Positions 9,015 to 19,553 of a DNA stretch of 64,000 bases are shown here, piece by piece. The stretch is from Cytophagales bacterium. GTDB taxonomy: Bacteria; Bacteroidota; Bacteroidia; Cytophagales; Cyclobacteriaceae. Position numbers and translations under genes: made by a program. The notes under the pieces are model-generated. The model saw nothing but the letters and a program-made list of their open reading frames with translations. It made no database searches and had not been told where the DNA came from. Location: contig JBBQXZ010000001.1 in the NCBI GenBank assembly GCA_038209145.1, positions 524-64,523 of the forward strand, written 5' to 3'. Position 1 is the stretch's first letter; the number at the start of each line of letters is the position of its first letter.

Positions 9015-10217
9015 TCAATTAAATCGTTTTAAAACGAGCTCAGATATTGTTTCTCCGATGGACAACGCACTGGTGGCAGCAGGTGAAGGCGCATTGAGCA
9101 CATGAATGCAGCGGTCATTTTCCGTGATCGCAAAATCATCCAACAGCCCCCCATGCTTATCACAGGCCTGAGCCCGTACGCCGGCACCTCCCGGGATTAA
9201 ATCCGAAGATTGAACTTCTGGAATCAATTCCTGAAGAGCTTTGGTGAATGCGTCTTTGGAAAAAGACCTATAATATTCACCTATACCTGTTTTCCAATAT
9301 TTGGCGGCCACCTTTTGAAAACCCGGCCAAGTCACAGAGTCCATAAATTCGCGGAAATTAAAATCTGATTTTTTATAGCCCTCTTTTTTAAATGCCAATA
9401 CCGCATTTGGACCAGCTTCAACGCCTCCTTTTGCCATACGCGTAAAATGGACCCCAAGAAATGGAAAATTTGGATCCGGCACTGGATATATTAGGTTGTT
9501 GACAAGGTATTCCCGATCTTTTTTTAATTTGTAATATTCTCCCCTAAATGGAATGATTCGAATATCAATCGGCTTTTTTTCTTGCATCACAGCAATTTTG
9601 TCGGCATACAAGCCCGCACAATTCACCAATAACCTCGTGTCAATATTTTCTTTGTTGGTCAAAACAGTAGATACAGCCCCCTCTGATGTAATATCCAAAA
9701 CTTCGTTGCCTAAAAATAACTGCCCACCCAATTGAAGGAACTTGTTGGCGTAAGTTTCAGCGACTAATTTGTAATCTACGATTCCAGTCTGCGGAACGTG
9801 CATGGCCGCCACGCCAGTACAATGAGGTTCATATTCTTTTAATTCACTTAATGATATGGCCCGGCTGCCATGGAGACCGTTCTCCAGCCCCCTTTCCAGC
9901 AATTTGTTTAACACCGGGATTTGTTCTTTCTTGGTAGCAACAACTACTTTGCCTGTGATTTCAAACGGAACCCCTTCTTTTTCACAAAAATCAACCAGTA
10001 ACTGATATCCTCGGATACAATTTTTGGCCTTGAGACTCCCAGGCTTATAGTACAGACCGGAGTGGATAACGCCACTGTTGTTTCCTGTTTGGTGAGATGC
10101 AACCTGCGGTTCTTTCTCAATGATAGCCACTTTCTTGTGTGGATCGTTTTTTAATATTGTCAGCCCAGTAGCTAACCCAACTATTCCGCCGCCAATTATG
10201 GTGATGTCAAATGTCAT
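9015..10217 (-). CDS. lhgO: L-2-hydroxyglutarate oxidase
   Basis: IIGGGIVG, HQTGNNSGVIHSG, PFRGEY, YPVPDP.FPFLGVHFT, AGVRAQA, VLNAPSPAATS. Confidence 0.93.
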   Translation of the reverse strand: MTFDITIIGGGIVGLATGLTILKNDPHKKVAIIEKEPQVASHQTGNNSGVIHSGLYYKPGSLKAKNCIRGYQLLVDFCEKEGVPFEITGKVVVATKKEQIPVLNKLLERGLENGLHGSRAISLSELKEYEPHCTGVAAMHVPQTGIVDYKLVAETYANKFLQLGGQLFLGNEVLDITSEGAVSTVLTNKENIDTRLLVNCAGLYADKIAVMQEKKPIDIRIIPFRGEYYKLKKDREYLVNNLIYPVPDPNFPFLGVHFTRMAKGGVEAGPNAVLAFKKEGYKKSDFNFREFMDSVTWPGFQKVAAKYWKTGIGEYYRSFSKDAFTKALQELIPEVQSSDLIPGGAGVRAQACDKHGGLLDDFAITENDRCIHVLNAPSPAATSALSIGETISELVLKRFN

Positions 10218-10290
10218 ACTTGGATAAATTTATCGGTAAATATACATAGTACCTCACAAGAATAAGATGCTATAATAAATAATATTGTTG

Positions 10291-10998
10291 CTACCATTCT
10301 TCTGATTCCCCGTTTTCATCAAAATCAGGAATTAAAGCGAATAGGGATGCGATTTGTTTGTCCATTTCCCAACTATATTTTACTTCACCTTTACTTAGAA
10401 AATTATGTACCCTAAGTAAGTTTTCGTAGGTACAATCTGGCACATCCATGGGTATTTTATAAATTCTCGGGTCATTTTTCGAGAAAACAAGTTCTCCCTT
10501 TCCCCCGAAAAAGTACGGCCAAAGCGTTAGGGAACAAGATAGAGCTATCCGGTCAATTCTATAAGTATCCAGATAAGCGTTTACCCTATCCCGAATTGAA
10601 GTGAAAAATTCCGTTGTCTCAGCAAGGCGAACCCTTGAACCGGCCCTTGATTTACCTTTGGTTTTAAGGTATTTTATTTGGCTTTTTCCTTGTTTTTTCC
10701 TAACCATATATGCGCGGAAAACCTTGTGGTCTATATTTTCACCGTTCTCGAAATAACCCACTGCTGCCAGCCCGGATTCTATCAAGATGACTATATGTTG
10801 ATAAAGCGTGCTGTCCTGATGCCTGGAACAATAAGGGTAGGCCACCTGAATAGGCAATCTAAAAAACAGCCTTTCACCTCCGGGTAGGGTATATACCAGC
10901 TGATGCTTTTCAGGTTGATATTCCAAGCTCCAGCCTGAAGCTTCAGCATGAGCTAAAAATGAACTACATTGGGATTCATCTATCAGGCGATGCTTCAC
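10291..10998 (-). CDS. Bacteroidetes VLRF1 (Vms1/ANKZF1-like release-factor fold) protein
   Basis: HKVFRAYMVRKKQGKSQ...KGKSRAGSRVR parallels the Vms1 HKTFHRYT.R.KQGGSQ...KGKA.SAGS.LR motif; Gln107 at 10678-10680. Confidence 0.85.
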   Translation of the reverse strand: MKHRLIDESQCSSFLAHAEASGWSLEYQPEKHQLVYTLPGGERLFFRLPIQVAYPYCSRHQDSTLYQHIVILIESGLAAVGYFENGENIDHKVFRAYMVRKKQGKSQIKYLKTKGKSRAGSRVRLAETTEFFTSIRDRVNAYLDTYRIDRIALSCSLTLWPYFFGGKGELVFSKNDPRIYKIPMDVPDCTYENLLRVHNFLSKGEVKYSWEMDKQIASLFALIPDFDENGESEEW

Positions 10999-11376
10999 GG
11001 GTAATTTCAGCTATGTTTTTTTTAATTTGGTCCCACTGTGGTGGATCTTATCGTAGATTCCAATGTATTTTTCAATAATGAACTTTAAGAAACCTTTGTG
11101 AAGAATTCATTGTAACACTTCCCAAAAATAAGGGGATATATTTTGTTTCTCCTACTTTCTTGAAAAATAGCTTCACAGGATATATTTCCCCACAGTCAAT
11201 AGATATCTTATCCGGATAACCGCAGACAAGAAATTTACATAGCTCCATCCTGATACAACAATGTGAAACTTAGGGCATGAGTTTTATCTTGAATGGCTTG
11301 GGAAGCTATTTTTCTTTTTGCGGATTAATCCCTAGATTTAAACTGTCTTTACCAATTCATCAAATTCGTGTCAACT

Positions 11377-12228
11377 ATGAATCCATTTTCCGAAAATGAG
11401 CTAAAACAATACCACCGTGACGGGTACCTGGTTATAAAAGGTTTTTGCAGCCTTCCTGAAACAGACAAACTGTATGGCGTGGCTTTGGCAGACAATGCAA
11501 TGAAAAACAATGCCATGGATCTGAATGATCAGACAGGAAAGAAAACCCGGCTTTCTCTTTGGTTTACCCCTGGAAATGATCCATTTGGGTATTTGACCCG
11601 CTCAAAAAAAATGGTTCATGGGGTAGCCCAGCTATTGGACAGTGATTCCCCGGTATGTCATTTTCACTCTAAACTAATGCAGAAGGAGCCAAAAGTTGGA
11701 GGCGCTTGGGAATGGCACCAGGATTACGGGTATTGGTATAAAAACCAGTTTATCTACCCCGATCAGCTGATGAGCGTTATGGTAGCCTTGACGGAGGCGA
11801 ATAAAGAGAACGGCTGTCTTCAGGTTATCAAAGGTTCGCATAAACTTGGCCGCGTAAATCATGGTTTTGCCGGGGAGCAGGTTGGTGCTGATATGGTAAT
11901 GGTTGACAACGCACTAAAAACCATGGACTTGGTTTTCTGCGAATTGGAGCCTGGAGATGCTTTATTTTTTCACAGTAATCTGCTTCACCGCTCTGCTGCC
12001 AACCTTTCCGACCGTCCGCGATGGTCAATTATCGCTTGCTATAATTCACAGTCCAATATCGCTTACAAAGAAACTTCTACCGCTTGGCAAACAGCAGTAT
12101 CCATTGTTCCAAACGAGGCTATTTTGGAATGGGAAGCCGATTCTCTTTCCAAAGCAGACTTTCTCACCAAAGACAGGGATCCGGCATTGAAAGATACCGG
12201 ATGGGAGTCAGAAATAAAGATAAATTGA
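11377..12228 (+). CDS. Phytanoyl-CoA dioxygenase (PhyH) family Fe(II)/2OG enzyme
   Basis: WEWHQDYGYW (HxD), ENGCLQVIKGSH, LFFHSNLLHRS, RWS. Confidence 0.92.
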   Translation: MNPFSENELKQYHRDGYLVIKGFCSLPETDKLYGVALADNAMKNNAMDLNDQTGKKTRLSLWFTPGNDPFGYLTRSKKMVHGVAQLLDSDSPVCHFHSKLMQKEPKVGGAWEWHQDYGYWYKNQFIYPDQLMSVMVALTEANKENGCLQVIKGSHKLGRVNHGFAGEQVGADMVMVDNALKTMDLVFCELEPGDALFFHSNLLHRSAANLSDRPRWSIIACYNSQSNIAYKETSTAWQTAVSIVPNEAILEWEADSLSKADFLTKDRDPALKDTGWESEIKIN

Positions 12229-12280
12229 CATTGGGACTCACTTTAGATTTCTTTTTCGAATTCATTTAACCTCAAATATT

Positions 12281-13468
12281 ATGAAAATAGCCATGCTTGG
12301 CTCGGGATTCATCGCCCGTTTTTATGCGGATACCTTACATGACCAAAGAAGGAAGGATCGGATCCATTTGGTTTATTCCCGCGATGAAAATAACGCAAAA
12401 CGCTTTGCCAAAGATTATGGGTTGAACGGATTCACAACTGACATGGAAGAGGCCATAAATCACCCTGACACCGAGGTGGTCCTTATTTCTCTTCCCAATC
12501 ACTTACATGAAGCTGCCGTGTTGGCTTGCGCCAAAGCAAAAGTTCCAGTGCTGTGTACAAAACCGCTGGGAAGAAATGCCCAAGAAGCCAAGCGCATGCT
12601 TGATGCGGTTGAGGAGGCGGGTATTTTTGCGGGCTACCTGGAGGATTTGTGTTATACACCCAAGTTTTTGAAATCCATGAAGAGCATTCAGGGAGGAAGT
12701 TTGGGCAAAATCCTCTGGACCAAATCCCGGGAAGCACATCCTGGACCCCACAGCGATTGGTTTTGGGATAAAGAAAAGTCAGGAGGGGGAGCCATAATTG
12801 ATCTGGGTTGCCACTGCGTGGAAATAGGAAGGAATTTTATTGGAAAGCAGGTGAAGCCGCTGGAAGTAATGTGCTGGGCGGATACCCAAGTTCACCCCAT
12901 TGATGCGGAGGATCATGCTGTAGGGCTGGTACGGTATGCCTCGGGTGCCATTGGTCAGTTTGAAGTAAGCTGGACATTTCGTGGAGGAATGGATCTCAGG
13001 GACGAAGTCATGGGTACAGAAGGCACAATCTGGCTCAATAGTTTTTTGCGGACTGGATTCGAAATGTTTACCACTGGTAAAGGTGATGGATATATTGCTG
13101 AAAAGGCCGAAAGCAATTCGGGATGGCTTTTCCCCGTAGGTGACGAAGCCAACGAGTTAGGCTATCCGCATATGTTTACAGACATGTTTGATGCCATGGA
13201 AACTGGTAGGGAGCCTTTGGAAACTTTTTATGACGGATACGTTGTAAACGCTATCTTGGATGCTGCATTCCTATCTGCCAGCACAAAGCGATGGGAGCCT
13301 GTAGCGCTGGAAATCTGGAGAGGAGAGGAAGAGGCGATCCAAGCGGCGAATTTTCAGGAATATGATGCTACTCACTGGTTGATAAAGAAAGAAATTCTTC
13401 CCAATGGTGATATAAAATTAATTTTGAAGAACAAAAAATCTGGTGAATTAAGCCAATTGGTAAATTAG
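12281..13468 (+). CDS. Gfo/Idh/MocA family oxidoreductase
   Basis: MLGSGFIA, VLCTKPLG, GGAIIDLGCH. Confidence 0.9.
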   Translation: MKIAMLGSGFIARFYADTLHDQRRKDRIHLVYSRDENNAKRFAKDYGLNGFTTDMEEAINHPDTEVVLISLPNHLHEAAVLACAKAKVPVLCTKPLGRNAQEAKRMLDAVEEAGIFAGYLEDLCYTPKFLKSMKSIQGGSLGKILWTKSREAHPGPHSDWFWDKEKSGGGAIIDLGCHCVEIGRNFIGKQVKPLEVMCWADTQVHPIDAEDHAVGLVRYASGAIGQFEVSWTFRGGMDLRDEVMGTEGTIWLNSFLRTGFEMFTTGKGDGYIAEKAESNSGWLFPVGDEANELGYPHMFTDMFDAMETGREPLETFYDGYVVNAILDAAFLSASTKRWEPVALEIWRGEEEAIQAANFQEYDATHWLIKKEILPNGDIKLILKNKKSGELSQLVN

Positions 13469-13758
13469 TTTACTGATTTTTGTAAATCATGGTAAATCAT
13501 CAAGTCTGTAAAAGGCATTTCTTATAGCAGTTATTGTACCGTTTAAAACCGGAAAAAGCTGAAAAAATAATAAGGTCAAATCACGTAAATGGAATTAAAC
13601 ACCTTGCAGATAGAAATCAGATTCGGTGGTTGGATGTACTTGTTATGACTTTCTCTTGCATGTCGCCCAAAAGACCATGTTTCCAGGTTCAATCAGGCCA
13701 TATAATTCTTAAAACCTTCTTTTTCTAAAGTAAGAAACATAAAATATAATTTTAAGGG

Positions 13759-15939
13759 ATGCAGATGCGTGTTTACTTTTTAATCGTTGGAATATTTCTT
13801 GCCGGTGGCAATCTGCTGGCACAAAAAATAAACAACAATTACCAATTGCCTATAAAAAAATCTTCCTCAGCGATAAAGATAGATGGGATTATGGAGGAAC
13901 AAGGCTGGCTGGATGCTGCTGTAGCGAAGGATTTTTTCATGATTACCCCCATGGATACCAGTTTTTCCCAAGTGGATACAGAAGTCCGCATGACCTATGA
14001 TGATGACAAGTTATATTTGTTGGTCATCAATTACCATGCTGTCCCCGGACCCTATTTCGTTGAATCACTGCGGAGGGACTTTTCTTTTGGCAAAAATGAC
14101 AACTTCCTGCTCTTTATGGATCCCTTTGACGACCAGACAAATGGTTTTAGTTTTGGAGCAAATGCTGCCGGTGCGCAATGGGATGGGATTATGTACGAAG
14201 GAGGGAAGGTTGACCTTAGCTGGGATAATAAATGGGTGTCCAAAGTTTCCAACTATGACGATAAATGGGTTTTTGAAGCAGCGATACCCTTCAAAAGTAT
14301 CCGGTATAAAAAAGGGATCACGGAATGGGGGATTAATTTTAGTCGGCTGGATCTGAAGACTACGGAAAAATCATCCTGGGCACCTGTACCCCGTCAATTC
14401 CCTTCTGCGTCTTTAGCCTACACTGGAAGCTTGGTTTGGGATAATCCTCCTCCGGAACCAGGGGCCAATATATCAGTCATCCCCTATGTGATGGGTGGAT
14501 CGGTAAACAATTTTGAGGGCAACACCAAACCTTCCTATCAAAACAGAGTGGGAGTGGATGCAAAAATTGCTGTGAGTTCGTCCCTTAATTTGGATTTGAC
14601 CGTGAATCCTGATTTTTCTCAAGTAGAAGTCGATAGACAACTGACCAATCTCGACCGATTCGAACTGTTTTTCCCGGAACGAAGACAATTTTTCCTTGAA
14701 AATGGAGACCTTTTTGCCAATTTTGGATATGAGAATATTCGTCCCTTTTTTTCCAGAAGAATAGGTTTGGACGCACCTATACAGTTTGGTGCCCGCCTGA
14801 GTGGCAAAATCAACAAGGACTGGCGGATTGGTGCCATGAACATGCAAACCGGCGCAGTAGATAAAACAGGTCTTCCCTCGCAAAACTTCAGTGTCCTATC
14901 TTTGCAAAGGCGTGTTTCGCAGCGGTCCAACATTGCCGCGATATTTATAAATAAAGCAGCCTTTGATATCGGATCCGTAAACGAACCGGTTGCGCCACAA
15001 TTTAATCAGTACAACCGAAATCTCGGGTTGGAATATAATTTGGCTACTTCCAACAACATGTGGACTGGGAAGGCCTTGGTGTTGAAGTCATTCAGTCCAG
15101 GAGAAAGTGGGAATGGGATGGTACACGCCGCAAATCTGCGGTATTCGAGTGGGTCACTTACCGGTGAATGGCGGCATGAATACGTTTCTCCGGATTATAC
15201 GGCTGAAGTTGGCTTTGTTCCCCGGGTAGGGTTTTATAAGATCAACCCCAGCATGGCCTATCTCTTTTTTCCAAAAAGCAAAAAAATTCTCAGGCATGGT
15301 CCTACAGCGAATGTTTCCTTATTTTTTAACATGGATATGGCGCAAACGGACAACATCGCTTTGATGGGATATACCATGAGATTTAGAAGCCAAAGTGACT
15401 TGACGGTATTTGGCGGATACAACCGGATATTACTACAGGCCCCTTTTGATCCCACCAATTTCAGTGGAAACACACTGGATGCTTTCACCAACCACAGCTG
15501 GTATAATTATGGTGCGGAATATGTCTCCAAGCCACAAAGTTTGTTTACCTATTCCATGTCTTCCCAATATGGTGGATACTATGCGGATGGCAACAGGTTT
15601 AACGTAATGGGTGAGGTAGGCTACCGCTTTCAACCTTACGTGGGAATAAACATGGCTGCCAATTATAACGAGATATTACTTCCTGCCCCTTGGTTCCGCA
15701 CGCAATTTTGGCTTGTGGGTCCACGGTTGGATGTAACGCTTACCAATACGGTGTTTCTGACAGCTTTTGCACAATATAATGAACAAATCGGCAATATCAA
15801 TCTCAATACCCGTTTTCAGTGGCGATTTAAGCCTGCTTCGGATTTATTTCTTGTTTTTACCGACAACTATCTACCAGCCCCATTCTATGTAAAAAACCGT
15901 TCAGTTGCACTAAAATTCACTTATTGGTGGACCATGTAA
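13759..15939 (+). CDS. CBM9-like N-terminal domain plus DUF5916-type outer-membrane beta-barrel protein
   Basis: Signal peptide, IKIDGIMEEQGW, FEAAIPFKSIRY, LDLTVNPDFSQVEVD, FFPERRQFFLEN, aromatic-rich C-terminus (LKFTYWW). Confidence 0.8.
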   Translation: MQMRVYFLIVGIFLAGGNLLAQKINNNYQLPIKKSSSAIKIDGIMEEQGWLDAAVAKDFFMITPMDTSFSQVDTEVRMTYDDDKLYLLVINYHAVPGPYFVESLRRDFSFGKNDNFLLFMDPFDDQTNGFSFGANAAGAQWDGIMYEGGKVDLSWDNKWVSKVSNYDDKWVFEAAIPFKSIRYKKGITEWGINFSRLDLKTTEKSSWAPVPRQFPSASLAYTGSLVWDNPPPEPGANISVIPYVMGGSVNNFEGNTKPSYQNRVGVDAKIAVSSSLNLDLTVNPDFSQVEVDRQLTNLDRFELFFPERRQFFLENGDLFANFGYENIRPFFSRRIGLDAPIQFGARLSGKINKDWRIGAMNMQTGAVDKTGLPSQNFSVLSLQRRVSQRSNIAAIFINKAAFDIGSVNEPVAPQFNQYNRNLGLEYNLATSNNMWTGKALVLKSFSPGESGNGMVHAANLRYSSGSLTGEWRHEYVSPDYTAEVGFVPRVGFYKINPSMAYLFFPKSKKILRHGPTANVSLFFNMDMAQTDNIALMGYTMRFRSQSDLTVFGGYNRILLQAPFDPTNFSGNTLDAFTNHSWYNYGAEYVSKPQSLFTYSMSSQYGGYYADGNRFNVMGEVGYRFQPYVGINMAANYNEILLPAPWFRTQFWLVGPRLDVTLTNTVFLTAFAQYNEQIGNINLNTRFQWRFKPASDLFLVFTDNYLPAPFYVKNRSVALKFTYWWTM

Positions 15940-15947
15940 GGGGTGTA

Positions 15948-16892
15948 TCACCAATTTTTTGAGCCCAATAATTTTTCTCCCAACGGAGTGAGTTCGGCTT
16001 TTGGGTATTTTTCCCTTTCCCAGTTTCTGGGATCTCCCGGAAACGCAAATCCCTCGGGTGGTGTTCTTTTCTCCCATGATTTGATCCGCCATTGCCGAAG
16101 TTCTTCGTTTTCCGGTTCAGCAGGCATCATGGAGACATATTGGGCCATACGAACTTTTTCAACGGACTTGTTTGGCCGGATTCCATGGGGGAGTTTGCTG
16201 TTGAAAATCAACAGGTCCCCTGCTGACAGTTTTACCTTGCTTAGATCAAAGCCGGTAATGTCCGGTTGAAATTTGTTTCTATTCTCCGGCTGGGATTTTT
16301 GCCATTGATCATAGGTCCTGAATAACTCAGGCACACACTGGAACCCGCCGACTTCCAAATCGGTCTGATCGTTTAACGCAACCAAACCCTGGACGTTTTG
16401 GGGATCGGTGTCGGGGTCATAATCCCAGTGAATAAACCCTTTAAATTCAAAGCCAGGCCTGGCCGGCAAATTCAAATTGGCCCGATCAATAGTGACCCAC
16501 AGCTCATCGATTCCCCAAATGTCGCTGAAAACTTCATGGACCTTACAAAATTGGCGAATGTCCCACATATACTGGTGGTGGTAGATCTCGACCATGCCGC
16601 TATTTTGAAGTTCCTTCATTTTCATTTCCGCCCGGTCTGGGGTATACCAAGTGGCGGGATCGTTGGGATCTTTTTCCTCAAACTCCCACAACAAGTTGCC
16701 CATTCGGTCAGTGTATTCTTTGGGAACCGCATTTTCCACAACCACAAACCCGTTGTTTATCCAAAACGCCCAATCTTCATCCGAAAGCACTTTCATAGGT
16801 CGGCCATTTGACCGGTCATTGAGCCTAACTTTGCCGGAAGTAGCTGTTGAGGGGTTTCCGGGAATGTCTTTGTGGTATGTATTTGCCGCCAT
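15948..16892 (-). CDS. Phytanoyl-CoA dioxygenase (PhyH) family protein
   Basis: FIHWDYD (HxD), GGFQCVPE, GDLLIFNSKLPHG, RMAQY. Confidence 0.88.
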   Translation of the reverse strand: MAANTYHKDIPGNPSTATSGKVRLNDRSNGRPMKVLSDEDWAFWINNGFVVVENAVPKEYTDRMGNLLWEFEEKDPNDPATWYTPDRAEMKMKELQNSGMVEIYHHQYMWDIRQFCKVHEVFSDIWGIDELWVTIDRANLNLPARPGFEFKGFIHWDYDPDTDPQNVQGLVALNDQTDLEVGGFQCVPELFRTYDQWQKSQPENRNKFQPDITGFDLSKVKLSAGDLLIFNSKLPHGIRPNKSVEKVRMAQYVSMMPAEPENEELRQWRIKSWEKRTPPEGFAFPGDPRNWEREKYPKAELTPLGEKLLGSKNW

Positions 16893-16919
16893 AATCCAGA
16901 TTTTTTGATTGCGTTTTGT

Positions 16920-16931
16920 TTAACATGTTAA
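16920..16931. promoter_or_regulatory. 12-bp palindrome TTAACATGTTAA in the divergent intergenic region; possible operator
   Basis: Perfect palindrome between start 16892(-) and start 17064(+). Confidence 0.3.
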
Positions 16932-17063
16932 TTTAACCATTTTTGGTAAATAATCCAGTAAGTTGTGGTTAATTGGATGAATATCTTGTAATATGTCCAC
17001 TGGAATAAATACATTTTTTCAAACCGAATAATTGGCCTAGTTTGGTAACTAAAAGAAAAATTA

Positions 17064-19553
17064 ATGGAGTTTGTAAGAAAACTAATAATTGCCACCTTTT
17101 CTTGTGCTTTTGGATTTGCTTTTTTCTGTGATTCGGCCGGGGCGCAGACTTCGTCGGAAATTTTTCATGGGCTCAAAAAACTACGAGAAACAAAAAGGGT
17201 CTTGTACGTGGCAGCTCATCCGGATGATGAAAATACACGGCTTATTGGCTATCTGGCCAATGGGGTGCATGCTGAAGTGGCCTATCTTTCATTGACCAGA
17301 GGAGATGGCGGACAAAACCTGATTGGCAAGGAGTTGGGGATTGAACTTGGAATGATCCGGACTCAGGAGCTAATAAGAGCCAGGGAAACAGACGGTGGTC
17401 GTCAGTTTTTTTCAAGGGCCATTGATTTTGGTTTCAGTAAGAATCCCAATGAGACACTTAACAACTGGGATAGAGAAAAATTGTTGGAAGATGTCGTGTG
17501 GATTATCCGGAAATTCCAACCAGACATTATTATCAACCGGTTTAACGATGTGCCAGGTACAACACATGGTCACCATACCACTTCGGCGATTATTTCTCTA
17601 GAAGCCTTTGAAAAAGCAGACGACCCGAATGTATTTCCTGATCAACTACAATGGGTAGAACCCTGGCAGGCAAAAAGAGTGTTTTGGAATGCGTACAACT
17701 GGGGAGGCCAATATGAACCCAAAAAAGGAAAACTTTACCACCGGTTCGATGTCGGTGATATGAACCCATTGCTGGGAAAGACCTATTCTAAAATTGCCGC
17801 CGATAGCAGAACCATGCACAAATCACAAGGATTTGGTTCAACAGCTCAACTTGGGGAGAGTAGTGACTTTATGGAACTTGTCAAGGGGGACGCTTTTTCA
17901 GAAGGTCCCTTTGAAGGTGTCACTGATCGATGGCAAAGCATTCCTGAAGGCAAATCCATCGCACAAGCGATCGATTTGGCCATTGGGCGTTTTGATTTTA
18001 AAAAACCAGAAAACAACATAAAATCCCTGCTGGCTATTCGGAAGCAACTGCGTGAACTGCCTTCGGAAGTGGCCTGGATCAAGGAGAAACAAACGCTAAT
18101 AGATCATCTTATCTTGCAGTCTTTGGGATTTAGTGCCGAATTTATATCCGGAAAGGAATTGTCCTTTCCAACAGATGAATCCCGCGCCCGGTTAACTATT
18201 AACAATTCCAGTTCCTTACCCTTAGAAGTCCAATCATTTAGCGTTTTGGGTGAGTCCGTTTCCTTGGTGGGCTACTTGCGGGACAACAAACCCCTGACGC
18301 AAGAAGTTTTGATCAGATTGCCACAAAATTACCCCATTTCCCAGCCATATTGGATGGAGCAACGTCCAGAAAACAATTTCTTTTTAATTCAAGATCGTGT
18401 TGAAGTCGGAAAAACTTTCAACGATCCTGCTGTAATGGGCAAACTCGTTTTTAGCATTCAAGGCCAGGAATTTGAATGGGAGGTTCCGTTGAAATACAAA
18501 TACAACGATCAGGTGGATGGTGAAATTATCCAGCCTTTCACCGTTGTACCCCAAGCCTCACTCAGTCTAAATAAGGATAACGTATTTTTGATTAATGGAA
18601 AATTCAATGACATTGAGGTAGAAGTCAGCTTTCAAAATGCGCTGATAGAAGGTGACTTGAGTTTTGAAGGGATACCGGAATCAGCTTTTGAAATACTGTC
18701 TAAAATAGAAGAAGCTGAAAAAAAACGAATTACCTATACCGTACGATTGACCCCATCAGCAGGTAAGGAAAAGAGTGCCATAGGCGTAAAATATACCACC
18801 CTTGACGGGGTGGTATTTGATAAAGGCCAACGTAGAATTACCTATAAACACATTCCAAATTTAACGTATTTTCCGCCAGCTGAATTCAATCTAATCCAGT
18901 TGAACCTGCAAATAAGTCCCCAGCGGATCGGATATATTCCAGGGGCTGGTGATGATGTTCCGCAAGTCCTGACAAACTTAGGCTACTCCGTGGATCTCTT
19001 GGACAAAGGAAGAGTTACCCTAAGTCAAATGTTGGAATTTAACACCATCATTGTAGGGATCCGGGGATTCAATGTAAACCAGGTTCTCGCCGATGAAATG
19101 AATCAATTGATGGCCTATGTGGAGCAGGGTGGCAATTTGATAGTTCAATATAATACCTCATCTCCTTTGCTAACCCGAAAGCTAGGTCCTTATCCCTTGC
19201 AACTGTCCCGCAATAGAGTTGCTGTGGAGAATTCCCCCGTGAAAGTTGATTTTACCGCCCATCCCGTTTTATGGTCCCCAAATCGAATTGAACTGAGGGA
19301 TTTTGATGGATGGGTACAAGAGCGGGGGTTGTATTTCCCCGACACCTGGGATGATAGTTATACAGCGCCCCTAGAGATGCAGGATCCCGATGAATTACCC
19401 AGTAGAGGCCCGTTATTGCTGGCAAATTACGGCAGGGGTACCTATGCCTATTCGGGTATTTCCTGGTTCAGGTTGTTGCCAGCTGGAGTACCTGGTGCCA
19501 TCAAACTATTCGTAAACTTAATCGAACAAGGTAGTGAAAGAAAAAATGACTAA
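17064..19553 (+). CDS. Exported PIG-L/LmbE family deacetylase with C-terminal Ig-like and class I GATase-like domains
   Basis: AAHPDDE, SLTRGDGGQN, RAIDFGFSK, THGHH; C-terminal IGYIPGAGD...GGNLIVQY. Confidence 0.9.
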   Translation: MEFVRKLIIATFSCAFGFAFFCDSAGAQTSSEIFHGLKKLRETKRVLYVAAHPDDENTRLIGYLANGVHAEVAYLSLTRGDGGQNLIGKELGIELGMIRTQELIRARETDGGRQFFSRAIDFGFSKNPNETLNNWDREKLLEDVVWIIRKFQPDIIINRFNDVPGTTHGHHTTSAIISLEAFEKADDPNVFPDQLQWVEPWQAKRVFWNAYNWGGQYEPKKGKLYHRFDVGDMNPLLGKTYSKIAADSRTMHKSQGFGSTAQLGESSDFMELVKGDAFSEGPFEGVTDRWQSIPEGKSIAQAIDLAIGRFDFKKPENNIKSLLAIRKQLRELPSEVAWIKEKQTLIDHLILQSLGFSAEFISGKELSFPTDESRARLTINNSSSLPLEVQSFSVLGESVSLVGYLRDNKPLTQEVLIRLPQNYPISQPYWMEQRPENNFFLIQDRVEVGKTFNDPAVMGKLVFSIQGQEFEWEVPLKYKYNDQVDGEIIQPFTVVPQASLSLNKDNVFLINGKFNDIEVEVSFQNALIEGDLSFEGIPESAFEILSKIEEAEKKRITYTVRLTPSAGKEKSAIGVKYTTLDGVVFDKGQRRITYKHIPNLTYFPPAEFNLIQLNLQISPQRIGYIPGAGDDVPQVLTNLGYSVDLLDKGRVTLSQMLEFNTIIVGIRGFNVNQVLADEMNQLMAYVEQGGNLIVQYNTSSPLLTRKLGPYPLQLSRNRVAVENSPVKVDFTAHPVLWSPNRIELRDFDGWVQERGLYFPDTWDDSYTAPLEMQDPDELPSRGPLLLANYGRGTYAYSGISWFRLLPAGVPGAIKLFVNLIEQGSERKND

